A stretch of 64,000 bases of DNA from Octopus sinensis (GCF_006345805.1 NC_043006.1:12152001-12216000), one strand, 5' to 3'; positions 1 to 12,936 are shown, counted from the stretch's first letter. A program made the numbers and translations. Notes: generated by a model from the sequence alone, not told the origin.

Positions 1-400
1 ATGTAAATATGTATGTATCTGTGCACGGAAAAATGTTTGAACTTCGGCTTTTTTTTATATTGAAATAGAATCATGAGGGCTACATTAAATGTATGAGATA
101 TTTATATATAGTCATCTATTCGAGCAAATCTCCATTCAGAAACATGAAAGAGATCTGATATGAGCTTTTATAAAAATAGGAAATTATTAAGAAAAATATA
201 CAAAATTATCTATTTTGGAATCAAGTTTATATTAATACAATGAAATGTCCATTCATAACTTGAGTAGATAGTATGAGAGATTTTCTCTCGGTAAAATTAA
301 GGACTTAAAAATAAATGAAAAAGTAAATTATATCTATGTATATCAGCAGAGATGATGTTCAATTTCTACACTACCTCACCCTTTTCTCCTCTTCTGTATG

Positions 401-485
<85 letters not shown>

Positions 486-1315
486 ATGTGTGTGTGTATG
501 TGTGTGTTATCGGGCCGGAAAAAGAATCAACCATGCGATATAGTATAGTGTTGAAAATAGAGATTTAAAAATACGCGTTTTTGAGATTGGTTAAATAGAC
601 ACAGGAAATTAATGAGTATTTCCAAAATTTTCTTAAATACTAAAATTTTAAACGCATCATGTTTCTCAATGGCATACGAGATAATAAAGCACACAATTTA
701 AATACCTAATTATCGTCCATAATTATATTTATTTCTCAAACATTAAAAATAGATTTAATTCAAAGATATTACGTTCACTTTACAAAGCAGATAATTTACT
801 TTTAGCGATATATAAATTTAATTTCTTTCTGCCTATTAAATTATAAATATTTGTGACAATTGAAAGTGTAATACTCCAAAATATTCAATTACAATTTTTT
901 AACAAATCGAATATTTAATATATCATAACAAATTAGTTATGGTAAATTCTGAGTCGAGAAAATTTTTCACATATATTCTGAAATACTTTTAATAAAATTG
1001 TCTCGAAATTACATACTAAAATAATGATTTATAATTCTCCACATATTCAAAATTGCTGTTACGCCTGTATTAACACATTTCATTCAAAATTTTGCGATTA
1101 AGATAATATTTTAAAAATTATTCTTTGCTTGCAAGCAACCAATTACAGGTGAAAATGAGTGATTTTGTTTTTTTCTTTTGAAATCTCATATAGTTAATAT
1201 ATCGCACTGAAATATTAAAAAAAAAACGCGAAAAACTGAAAAAAAATACAATTTCGAGATTGTCAAACCTGGTAATTCAGATCTCTTTATGACACGATAT
1301 ATCCAACAATGTGGC

Positions 1316-1347
1316 ACTTACCTGCAAAGAGAGAAAATAAACATTAG
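1316..1347 (-). other. Strong 3' splice acceptor followed directly by GTAAGT (candidate recursive splice site or acceptor of a non-coding exon)
   Basis: Minus strand reads cCTAATgtttattttctctctttgCAG|GTAAGTgcc: branch-point-like motif, pyrimidine tract, CAG and a consensus donor hexamer. Confidence 0.45.
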
Positions 1348-1527
1348 GAAGACATACAGAAGCAACAATTTATAGATACATAATGTGATACAATGATAGA
1401 ACACACAGAATGGAGTGAATGGAAGTATTTTAAGAGATTTCTTAATTTACGTAGACTTTCAATCACATCACTCGTTATTTGCACATATACAGACACACAT
1501 ACATCCAATACACTCATGGGCTCCCTA

Positions 1528-1564
<37 letters not shown>

Positions 1565-1572
<8 letters not shown>

Positions 1573-3806
1573 AAAATAGTAAAGAGTGAAAAAACGACAG
1601 AAGGCTTAAATGTTAAAAAATATATATATTTGTGTCAAAATGTCTGGAGAATATTGGAAAAATTTTTTTCCTTTCCTTAAAATGGCATAATTTTAAAATT
1701 TTTAAAGAAATTACCGGTTCCGCGTGTAGCTTTTCAAATTTCTTGTGACGTTATGTTTATATTGCATGGAGTTATCGTTGTGTTCATTTTTAGGAGATTT
1801 CTAAATAAGGGGATGTAGTGAGTGATTTCTTCCGGTGTAAGGGAGATAATCGCTTAGAAATTTTTTTTCCCTTTTCCCTTGTTAATTTCTCTGTGTCAGT
1901 ATGTTCGGATGGTTGAGTCTGGGTTTGTACTTTTCAATGAAGAATGTTTCCTTGTTCAGTCTCATTTGTGTTGATGATCCGAAAGCACATTGGTAAATTG
2001 GGAAGATTAAAAACTGTGGCAGTAGTTGCTTTGCGCATTTCTCAATGTGCTCACTAAAAGGTATCATTCTATATTCTGGGAATGCAATCTGTTGTCGATG
2101 CAGTGTGCATCTACGCCTGAGTGATAGTTCCGGAAGAAATACCAAAAAGAATCAGTAAGGAATTCATTACTAAATCAATTGAATTCATCCTACACAATAA
2201 CCACTTCATGTTTGACAATACATTTTACCGTCAAAAATCCGGAATTGCTATGGGTACAAGGACAGCGCCAGTCATTGCGAACTTAACAATGGGATACATG
2301 GAAATAATCATTTACCAGGAATCTCTATCAATCTTTGGAAACTCCCTCTCTCAATACATAAAAGAGAATTGGAAACGATTCCTAGACGATTGTTTCATTC
2401 TCTGGAATGAAAACATAGATAAACTCCTAAAATTTAAAAACCTATTGAACAGCATAAACCCAAATATACAGTTCACAATGGAATACAACCAAAAGGAGCT
2501 CCCGTTCTTGGATATACTAATTAAAAAAATTAACCTTAAAATAGAAACACATTTTTTACAATGCCACAGACGCCAAACAATACCTTCTTTTTATTTCATG
2601 CCACCCAAGACACACTAAAACAAACATCCCCTTCAACCTTGCAAGAAGGATATGCACAATAGTGTCAGAACAAAATACCAGGAACTTTAGACTGCAAGAA
2701 CTCAAAAACACCCTAATTGACAGACATTACCCAGCTCAACTCATAAAGGATGGGATCAGACGTGCAACAGAAATCAACATAGAAACTTTAAGAAAAGTTC
2801 AACACAACAACACACCTTCCCCGAAAATACTACCTTACATATCTACATACAACCCCAGAAACAAAGAAGCCTTCACCATCATCACCCAGAATTTACCAAT
2901 ACTTCATAAAAACCCAAAATTAAAGGAAATTCTAAACATACACCAAATCATTAAAAGCTACAAACAGCCTAAATCACTTAAAAAGATTCTCACAAAGGCA
3001 AAATTGTCTTCTAAAATTACGGATGCAAAAGTAAAAAAATGTGGTAGATCGAACTGTGCAACATGTCCTAACCTATTGGAAGGATCAGAATTCTTCTTTA
3101 AAGAGGGACAGAGATTCAAGATCAAATCTAACTTTACTTGTGCCTCTGAAAACATAATTATGTCATTAAATGCTCGGGCTGCCAACAAGACTACGTGGGT
3201 TCCACGGGACTATCACTCAGGCGTAGATGCACACTGCATCGACAACAGATTGCATTCCCAGAATATAGAATGATACCTTTTAGTGAGCACACTGAGAAAG
3301 GCGCAAAGCAACTACTGCCACAATTTTTAATCTTCCCATTTTACCAATGTGCTTTCGGATCATCAACACAAATGAGACTGAACAAGGAAACATTCTTCAT
3401 TGAAAAATACAAACCCAGACTCAACCATCCGAACATACTGACACAGAGAAATTAATAAGGGAAAAGGGAAAAAAAAATTTTAAGCGATTATCTCCCTTAC
3501 ACCGGAAGAAATCACTCACTACATCCCCTTATTTAGAAATCTCCTAAAAATGAACACAACGATAACTCCATGCAATATAAACATAACGTCACAAGAAATT
3601 TGAAAAGCTACACGCGAAACCGGTAATTTCTTTAAAAAATTTAAAATTATGTCATTTTAAGGAAACGAAAAAAATTTTTCCAATATTCTCCAGACATTTT
3701 GACACAAATATATATATTTTTTAACATTTAAGCCTTCTGTCGTTTTTTCACTCTTTACTATTTTCTTATATATTCACCCACGTGCTTTACCAAACAAACT
3801 TTCTTA

Positions 3807-3808
<2 letters not shown>
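1565..3808 (+). mobile_element. 5'-truncated Penelope-like retroelement (Neptune-like) with inverted 5' copy of its 3' end
   Basis: 1565-2128 is the reverse complement of 3209-3773 (about 10 differences by eye). The body 2129-3455 encodes RT and GIY-YIG motifs. A ~35-nt extra tail lies at 3774-3808, and (TA)n tracts flank both sides. Confidence 0.93.
2129..3455 (+). pseudogene. Penelope-like RT-endonuclease ORF, 5'-truncated, frameshifts near 2550 and 3159
   Basis: RT motifs YRQKSGIAMGTRTAPVIANLTMG and WKRFLDDCF. After the shift at ~2550 the frame reads TDAKQYLLFISCHPRHTKTNIPFNLARRICTIVSE, then a Cys linker CGRSNCATC. Restoring one base at ~3159 gives NIIYVIKCSGCQQDYVGST (GIY-YIG with CxxC), ending KYKPRLN...TAA at 3455. 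Confidence 0.92.
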
Positions 3809-3875
<67 letters not shown>

Positions 3876-3892
3876 AGGAATGTATGTATATA

Positions 3893-4075
3893 TAGTGAAT
3901 CCAAACAAAGAAGACCAAACAAGACAAAACAATAACGCGAGGACGTGTTACAAATACTGCACTATCAGACGCTCAGGAAAGAAAGGAAAGAGAACTTAAT
4001 GTTTCGAGCCTTGCTCTTTTTCAGAAATAGAGGAAAGTCTAGAAGAAGGGAAAATATCTGGACATCGCGGATTTA
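3893..4075 (-). mobile_element. Short hammerhead-bearing repeat, local family P1 (degenerate core)
   Basis: Homologous to 15504, 24179 and 26771 and starts next to a TA-rich tract. Minus strand 3994-4028 reads attt-CTGAAAA-A-GAGC aag GCTC-GAAAC-ATT-aagt. Confidence 0.75.
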
Positions 4076-4144
4076 AGTGACAAAAGCACCTACAAAACTT
4101 TCACCACATTTCTGGTTGCCGTATTACATTCATGGCTACACACA

Positions 4145-4181
<37 letters not shown>

Positions 4182-5050
4182 ACACATTCACACACACACA
4201 CACACACACACACAGATAGATAAATAGATAGATAGAGAGAGAAAGAGAGATATTGGTATACATATACATTTGAAATAGTTGCAAACTTCCCATGATATTT
4301 TCGTGTTACTGATGTGGTTGTTTGGTGTTACGGCAGACATGTGAAAACGAGAAAAACTATTATTTTTGTCAAATGTAAGCGTGAAGATTTGTTAGGTTCT
4401 AATATCAGGAAAATTTGTTTGAAATTTCTAGCAGAACGAGCAACTCCTAAAGCCCGTCTCCTTTGATATAGTGAAATCTGATGTCATCATTGTTAACAAC
4501 AGAAGAATTAAAGGGTTCATTAGCTATATTTCAAAATCAGATGGCATATCGTCTCACTAAAATGCACATACGAACCTAAAGGTGTTCGTTTTAACAGTTA
4601 CCGAGTTAACCAGTTTTGGAGTTTGGTATTATATGCGTAAACACCATTAGAAATATATAAGTCTGTATGTAAGCTGAACATGAAGCACAGAAACAAAGTT
4701 ATAGAAAATACTGCAAAAACATCACATATCGATACGATTTAAAATTTCCATTATCATTATATTTCAAAGTAAACGAAGGGTTTGTCATTATCTTTGCGCA
4801 TGTCCGAAACGCTTCCTTTTTGAAAAAAACATATCATACGATTGACAATATCTGATCACCAAAGCATCAACCTCTAATTTCCACGCCACGTAAGTTCCAG
4901 TTTATGGCTTACAGAACAAATCATGTGTAACCTCTTTATATTCTCACATTTCATTAAAGCCTTGATGTAAAATACAAAGTTGAAAAGAGTAATTACCGAA
5001 CTATCAACAAAATTTGTAAAGTGACACAACATTGACACCGAAAGACGGCA

Positions 5051-5194
5051 GCGGAAGTCAATGCTGACAGTTACTGTCTTGAATCAGAGTCATCCGGTCT
5101 AATGCGATATTAAACGTAACAGAATACATTTCAAAGCGAATGCACGGTTTTATTTTATTTATTACTAGAGCACTCACGTCGTCAATAATGGCGG
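5051..5194. promoter_or_regulatory. Possible promoter / first-exon region
   Basis: Locally CpG-richer unique sequence with ETS-like GCGGAAGT (5051-5058), YY1-like AATAATGGCGG (5184-5194) and a minus-strand donor GAC|GTGAGT (5177-5172). Motif evidence only. Confidence 0.25.
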
Positions 5195-6406
5195 AGTTAT
5201 TGTTGAAAACGTTACCAGATGTATGAAAAAGATTAGAGGATGAGAGAGTAAATAAAACGCTAGAACAATAGGGAAATAAGAAAATTATATTTTTCACTCA
5301 CAAAATATTATATATATTATACAGGTATGACTCGCTGCAGACGTTCATGAAGAAAAAAATTTCGTGTGTAGTAGACATGAGGAGGCATTGACACACTTTG
5401 ACCTTCTGCGTTTTCAATTTGTAATTTCCAAGTGTTCTTAGCCCTAACCCTGACACAGAGCAGGTCATTTTACAGCGTAGACTACAGATACTGCAGCAAA
5501 CGCACGCTAAAATAGCATTTAACTTTCTTAGGATTCTTGCGATGCAGGGCTAATCATCTGAATAATGAATTTCCGAATACAAAAAATAAACATAACAGGT
5601 CTAGTATTTGACGCTTTAGAGAGAAATTTTTTTTTTTGGGGGGTCTTAGTTGTAAAAAATTCATATCAAATACCGTTGGTCTATTAAATGACAGCAAATA
5701 GAAATAACTCTCGGGCTACAATAGTGAGTATGGAATCTCTTATAAATGTTGTGATGCCCAAACTTGTGGATATTAAAGCGTTAGTTAAGCATTCAGAAAG
5801 CAAAATGAACTTTCAAATTCAAAAGACAAGCCGAAAAACTAAATAGAGACGATGTTGCAGTAAGAAAGTAGAAACGCCCGCTGGTGGTTGATTTATAAAA
5901 CTTAAAAGTTTTTCATAAAGCATTATGTGACAAATACGAAAAATAAACAGAACGACTCCAGTTCTTGTCGAATAATTTAGAAAATAAATCTTATAAAGTG
6001 GAACAAATCCAACAGCTTCAAACGCTAAAGTGTTACAACGAAAAACTATATTTGCAAAGGCACGTAGCGTATTATATATATATTGATAATATAATACCAG
6101 AATCGGCAGAAGCTTATTACAGGAACATATTTATGATATATTAAACTGCTAACAGTAAATTTGTGTGGTGTAATCATTGCCTCATGCTGTGGAAAGTGGA
6201 TTGTAAAAATGTTTGTACGACAGTGAGTGTGAGAGAGGAGAGAGAGAGAGACAAAGAGAAAGAGAAACAGAGAGAGAGAGACAAATAGAGACAGAGAGAG
6301 AGAGATTAATATATGCTACTACCACATGCTACAAACGCACGCACTTAAACACACGGGTAACATTTAGCCGTGCGTGTTTGTGGAATAGATGTATTTATGT
6401 GTCCAC

Positions 6407-6826
6407 AAGGCAGCGAGCTGGCAGCAACGTTAGCACGCCGGGCGAAATGCTTAGCGGTATTTCGTCTACCGGTACTTTCTGAGTTCAAATTCCGCCGAGG
6501 TCGACTTTGCCTTTCATCCTTTCGGGGTCGATTAAATAAGTATCAGTTACGCATTGCGGTCGATATAATCGGCTTAATCTGTTTGTTTGTTCTTGTTTGT
6601 CCTCTCTGTGTTTAGCCCCTTTTGGGTAGTAAAGAAATAAGTATTTCGTCTGTCGTTAAGTTCTGAGTTCAAATTTCGCCGAGGTTGATTTTGCCTTGTA
6701 TCTTTTCGCGGTCGATAAATAAAGTACCAGTTTCGCACTGGGTTCGATGTAATCGACTTAGTCCTCTTGTCTGTCTTTGTTTGTCGCCTCTATGTTTAGC
6801 CCCTTGTGGGTAGTAAAGAAATATAT
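6407..6826 (+). mobile_element. tRNA-derived SINE family A, head plus two body units (dimer)
   Basis: A-box-like TGGCAGCAACGTTAG and B-box GAGTTCAAATTCC; the second body starts at 6641. An 18-bp TSD ATGTATTTATGTGTCCAC lies at 6389-6406 and 6827-6844. Confidence 0.92.
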
Positions 6827-6993
6827 ATGTATTTATGTGTCCACGTCAGCAACGCTGATAGTTAGGTGAACCAAATGTGGAATTTAATCAAAAATATTGT
6901 TTATCCTCAAAGTATAGATAAAGTAAAATATTCTATTTTTGGTAGTTTCAGTCATTCATTAAATTTATACAATTTATTTTCTGGAATTGTTAT

Positions 6994-7069
<76 letters not shown>

Positions 7070-7070
7070 A

Positions 7071-7142
<72 letters not shown>
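6994..7142. repeat. (TATC)n microsatellite
   Basis: Near-perfect tetranucleotide run. Confidence 0.97.
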
Positions 7143-7563
7143 TTGTTTGTCTGTCTGTCTATATACTATTAAAACTCTGTGAATGTGTGCATGCTTGCGT
7201 GCTTGTCTGTAATGTAATACAGCCAATCCGGCGCATAATGGGAAAATACACTAAAAGTAAGGTACCCCTGACAAGTAAATACAAACAAGCAAGTTTCGAG
7301 TAAATCGGACCACGGATTCCCAAAATACGTGGTTTCTGGGGTACCTTCATAAATAGCTTAAACAGCGCATTACATCAGGAATTCTGTAGTGTTTTTAGAG
7401 TTTATAATGAATGAGGGAAACGAGAAATGGAGTTAGCTAGCAAGAATATTTATTCAACACAATGATCATTTAGACTCATCCTGCACTTCACACATGCGAA
7501 TGGGATATTGTATAGCTAGTTGTGTTGCATCTACCAGTGCAGGTTGCATCAACCATTTCATGC

Positions 7564-7619
<56 letters not shown>

Positions 7620-7783
7620 TAAGTAGTTGAATGAATTATCCTAGTATGGATAATTCGGTTAACCGATACCCGGATAGCAAATTTACGTCAGAAAGCACGG
7701 TTGAAGCTACATGCCAAGGGACTCCGTGTGGGCAGTCATCTAAAAGTTTTTGTTCGTCATGATGCTGACATAAGTTCCTTGTC

Positions 7784-7864
7784 TTTCCTGATGGGAAGAC
7801 GGCATAATGCACCCTTTATTCCTTCGGAATTAAGAATATGCTGTCTTCGAAACATGTGTCGAGA
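7784..7864 (+). ncRNA. Type I hammerhead-like motif with long stem II (A9G variant)
   Basis: tttc-CTGATGG-GAAGACGGCATA..30 nt..TATGCTGTCTTC-GAAAC-atgt-GTC|gaga. It lies in a ~300-bp unit bounded by (TA)n at ~7567-7616 and ~7913. Confidence 0.7.
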
Positions 7865-7911
7865 ATAAAGGAATTTTGTTAAATCGTCGTTCGACTCCAT
7901 TCTTTCGTTTA

Positions 7912-7971
<60 letters not shown>

Positions 7972-8743
7972 ATAACTTATGAATAAAACTTTTAATTCGC
8001 TATAGGAATATTTTCTAATTGGTATTTGTTTCTAATTAAATCGTGAAACCTCTTCGAGGGTTATTGTTAAAAAAATTACACGGAATTTCTATGTTACTAT
8101 GCTGGCAGCGTTGACATTATTGTTTGACAGTATTTAATATTCATGAAGGCGGTGGGCTGGCAGAATCATTGCACGCCTTGCTAAATGCTTAGCAGTGTTT
8201 AGTTCCTTTCGAAATCGCTAAGCCTTAGGCCAAATTTGAAACTGATTTTTAATATTCATTATAAACTCGGGGAATCTAGTACGTTACACCTATCATTTAC
8301 GAGGAAGATTTGAAGACATCTTTTGAAATATCTATGACGAAATTACAGGGGATTAGGTATCTAATTATATTCATTAGTAGATTACAATACGATAACACAG
8401 CTCTCCTTATATTATTTGTTTACGTGTTTTTTTATCAATATAGTTTATAGTATTTTCCAAATAAAAATAACGTCTCATAATTTGCATGAGTTCGTTTGAA
8501 AATTAAAAATTGTAGCAACAAATTTTCTTTTGATCTGAATCAACAAAATCCCCAAACATTTAGATTTTGCGATTTTACTTTGATATCACAGTTCTTAAGA
8601 TATATTTTTTTAACTTTTAATTTATTGTTTGTTTTAATATTACTCTTTATTTTTATTATTCATAAAAAAACTTTAATCATGATGCAGCTGCTTAAATGTC
8701 GCTTAATTAATTCACAATATTTCGTGATTCGTTGAATGGTTTC

Positions 8744-8744
<1 letters not shown>

Positions 8745-8835
<91 letters not shown>
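8745..8835. repeat. (TTA)n microsatellite
   Basis: Trinucleotide run; explains the poly-Leu ORF. Confidence 0.97.
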
Positions 8836-8836
<1 letters not shown>

Positions 8837-11611
8837 TTTCTTTTCTTATTCGTATTTATTTGATTGTTCACTCAACTCTGTAGGCGAAACAATAAGAAAG
8901 AAACGTTTCCCCGTTACATATTAACCTACTTCTACGGAAATTTTATCTATTTTGTTTCGGTTTTGATTCGCTGTATTTCTGAAACATCTGCGATATTAAT
9001 GTTACAAGTACTTCTATTTACATTGTTTCATGCACGGCAATGTTTAGGTTATGATACATAAATTGAATTTATTAAGCTAAATTAACAAATAACAAGATAG
9101 CAGTATTATTATTGAAACAAAGGGGCACGTAACTGAACACATACAACACATGAAAGAAGATATAGAACTGAATCAATTAATTTACACCGTTCGAAACTGT
9201 TTATTGTTTACAAGTAGAATCGAGTATATTGTTTATGTATTTTGGGAGAGAATATTTTGGCGCTACTCTCTATCAGTTTTCTTTCGCTTGTGCAATATAT
9301 TGAAATATTTACTTTAAATGGCAGGGAAGAGAGTGTGGATAATTTTAATAAAAGAGAATTGTGACTTCTTTTCGCAGTAACAATTACTTTACTGATATTA
9401 ATTGTGAATATATTTCACAATGCTTGAATATTTTAAGTAAACAATTTTGCAAGAAGTCTTTTATGTAAATCTTTCTATGGCTCACTCTATAATGAAACAC
9501 AAACACTTTATGTAATATTTGAGAATTTAGCTCCAGTTTTCAAAAACTCGAATAAATATTGTGAATTCTAAAATTACAATATGCTGTGTGCAGATCACGT
9601 TGCAGTTATCGATAATGTAGTTTGTCATGTCAGCTCTCATCAGTCACAAAATGAAATGAATTCTCAGCCATCAATATTTCACTCTTTTTTCAGATGTAGT
9701 GTATCCCAGATCGTATGAAGTATAGTATAATTTTAGTATAAGTATAGTATAATTTTAGCTGATATTTCTAGAAGGTCGAGGGTATTTCATCAGGACTGTG
9801 TTAAATCCTACTTTATGTCATCAATCAGAACATCTTATTTTTGTTTAGCCCTGAATCAACCTTGATTGCTTAGACCGATAATCAAAACCATTCCATTCAT
9901 AGGTACGTCGCCACGTATGTTCTCATTCAAGTCATGAACCTCATAATATTGTAAATTCAATAAGAATCGTATAAATGGTAATTAGAGAAATATATTCACT
10001 TAGTGTGCAATATTTTCAACATTAACGTATTTCTTTTGAACGTATGACACTTTTCCCGTTTGGCCTCTCTGATAAAGCGTTAGCCATAAACCCTAAGGCC
10101 TTCGGGTTTATTGGAAGAAAGAGACGGATTTCTCCACAAATCGGAATCCTGATCCAAAACGTTGCAACAGTGAACTGCACTAAAGATTTTTGAGGATTAA
10201 ATGCTAGGATTAAGTAGGGTGACGGATTAAATTATTTACCAGCCAAGAATCCAAATGCAAAATCCGGAGCGAACAGTACAAACTTGTATGATGCTTGGAA
10301 AATTCTACTGATCCATCATCTCAGACTGGTATTTTATTTTCTCAGACCTGACGGCTGAAAAGTAACAATGACCTAAATGTGCACGGAGACAGTAAAGAGA
10401 CCAAAAGGCATTTTGTCTCATGCTCTTCCGTCTCGGAGAATTCTTCAGAAATATCAGTCAAATCATCCTTAAAAGACACTATATTGTTTTCAAGTAAGCG
10501 AAAGAGATTATCCTAAATGGACGGACTGGACATGGTTGGTAAAACTTTCGTGATAGGTCTGCTCTATTAGAGTTCATCTGGAACCAATCAATGAAATTGC
10601 CTAATCACTGAAATAGTCTGTTGACTAGGAGTAATCAATATCATCAACAACAATACTACCATTACCAACAACCTAATATATGTTAGATCACTTACACAGC
10701 AGTGTCAAAGTAAAAGTTTTGTAACTTCCAGTATTCTAAGAATTACAAGTTATTATCTGCAATGTAAATTCTCAAAATAAATGACGCTTTAATGTAAGTC
10801 ACCTCACGTTTCTGAAACTCAATTGAATATTTTACCAGCTAACAAACTATAGAAAATGCTTCATTGCTCTACGCAGAATTGAGTGCTAAATAATCCGGTC
10901 ACAACCTTCGCCATAGCATTTAATTAGAATTATTTCATTTAGATAGTATTGATTCGTAATGGATACTTTATAAGAAATAACATTTATTTTAAATAGAATT
11001 CTCACATTATGATGGGTCATATGAATCGTGCCTTTTCCTTACATGTTATGTGTTTATGCAAATACAACTGTTCAATATATTTACCCGTTTCTAGCTGAGA
11101 AGGACAGACGAATTGTAATGGTGATGTATTTACTTCCATTTCCAGGAAACTACACATTATTTAAATATTTTAATTTGATCTCTCATTGCGAATGACAGAA
11201 ATGATATACTGACCGACAAATGGGATTAGAACGAATATTGAAATATTTAATATTTACAGATAGTGTTGTTGATTGTGGCGTTGTTGTCGGTCTACTAGAG
11301 GTCCTCGCATTTCTATTGCCCCAGGTAGAACATGCTTAATTCAAGATGTGGACAAGAGTTACATTTTAACATACACCAGGGAATCGTAAGAGCGCAATGT
11401 GGAAACCTTGCCAATTTCTCTCTTCACTGCCCATATTTATTTCTGCAAAGCTACTGCTGCTCTTGTTGGTTATATTAAGATTAGATTTTTATGATCAAAG
11501 TCTATCCAATTCTTATGTCAGGAGTTTCTTACTTTCTCCTGTCGTTTCAAATTAGTATAGTGTAATTTGCGAAAGATCCAACTGAGAGTTATAGCAAGCA
11601 TGGTCGTATTT

Positions 11612-12020
11612 TGGCTGTCGAGGTCGACTTTGCCTTTCATTTCTTCGGAGTCGATAAAATAAGTAGCAGTCGAGTACTGGTGTCGATGCAATCCGCTCAC
11701 CCCTACCCCAACACTTCAGGCCATGTGCCTACAGCAGAAGGGGATATGAGACTGGATAAAATGCTTTGCGGCATTTCTTCCGGCTTTACAATGTGGGTTC
11801 ACATTCTAGCGAGGACGGTTTGCCTTCCAACATTTTGGTGTCGATGAAATAAGTAGTTGTTGAGTACCAGGGTTGATGTGATCGACTAGCCCCTCTCACC
11901 CAAAATTTCAGGCCTTCTACCTAAAATAGAAAGGATTATTACTATTATCCTGTCAAAGTCGACTACACATTTCATCCTTTCGTCCTTTCGTGGACGATAA
12001 GTAAGCACCAGTGCGTAGGA
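11612..12020 (+). mobile_element. Cluster of 2-3 diverged family A-related SINE fragments (alternative 3' tail)
   Basis: GTCGAGGTCGACTTTGCCTTTCAT core repeated; tail CCCAAAATTTCAGGCCTT..GAAAGGATTATTA at ~11900-11946. Confidence 0.75.
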
Positions 12021-12039
12021 GTATCTGATAGAAGATGGG

Positions 12040-12345
12040 TATGCAAAAACCTGCTCAGACCTTTACAATTGTCTGAGAGATACCGTCTAGATTACTCGAA
12101 TATGCCAACGTGGACTTGGAAAAACCGCATCGGGTCATCTAGAACATATTTTGTAGGCCAGTGGACAAGGATACCACAGGGTGTCCACAATTTAATATTG
12201 GTCGGCTACACAGACCACAAATTTGTGACCTGTACTGTCGACTTAGAAAGGCTTCATAGACAGGGTCTCAGTCACTAGAAGCTGAACATGTCGTTACCGG
12301 CGTATCAAGATTACTGAGACAGGATTAGTGAATTAGTTAAGGGGG
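12040..12345 (+). pseudogene. L1/Tx1-type non-LTR ORF2 apurinic-like endonuclease fragment
   Basis: RYRLDYSNMPTWTWKNRIGSSRTY...LVGYTDHKFVTCTVDL...QGLSH*KLNMSL matches the (S/T)DH motif and the following GxGxWKLNxSL motif of L1/Tx1 endonucleases (Trp codon now TAG). Confidence 0.7.
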
Positions 12346-12884
12346 CTCATTTATTCATAACTTCTTTCTGCAGTTAGAGAGATAAAAAAAAAAAAAAACA
12401 GAATCGCATTTTCAGAATGCGTATAAGCGTAATTTAATCCAAATTCTACGTATGTACTTGTTCAGAAATTTGTTTATTTTTTTAATCTAGATATTCATTA
12501 TAAAATAATAAAGAATCCCTACTGAATATGTGCAATTTGAAGTCATAAGGATGCAAAGAAAATACCATATGCGTACTTGTGTGTAGTTGTATATGTTTTA
12601 CGAGTGAAAATAACCTAAAACGTTCAGGTGTTATATAGAAAACAAATAGAGATTTGCATTTTGCTTTGTTGTTCATCTTTCGTATATTTGTGTGTAGCTA
12701 GACAAAAGAAGAGCTATAGAACAAAGGATAGCAAGGTTTATATTATACAAAGGTAACACACACTATGGTCTCTAATAAAATTAACTGTAAACAGTAACAT
12801 TATTTCCACATCAAAAGAAAACACGCACCTCAATGTTTTTCCCCTATGCCAATACACACACGAAAATACATGTATCTACATAAG

Positions 12885-12891
12885 TATATTC

Positions 12892-12936
<45 letters not shown>

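Noticed and set aside
1882-2145. 87-aa minus-strand ORF as a separate gene
   Set aside because: It is the inverted copy of the Penelope endonuclease C-terminus (3195-3455).
3456-3808. Hammerhead in the terminal repeat of the large Penelope-like element
   Set aside because: CCGGAAGAA...GAAAT near 3502-3540 lacks a credible stem II and stem I.
5188-5226. ATG GCG ... MAELLLKTLPD as a first coding exon
   Set aside because: It stops immediately whether unspliced or spliced to the nearest acceptor (5324/5325, GTA TGA); no supporting downstream exon was found.
9755-9800. Minus-strand CTGATGA...GAAAT as a hammerhead
   Set aside because: No stem II or stem I complementarity.
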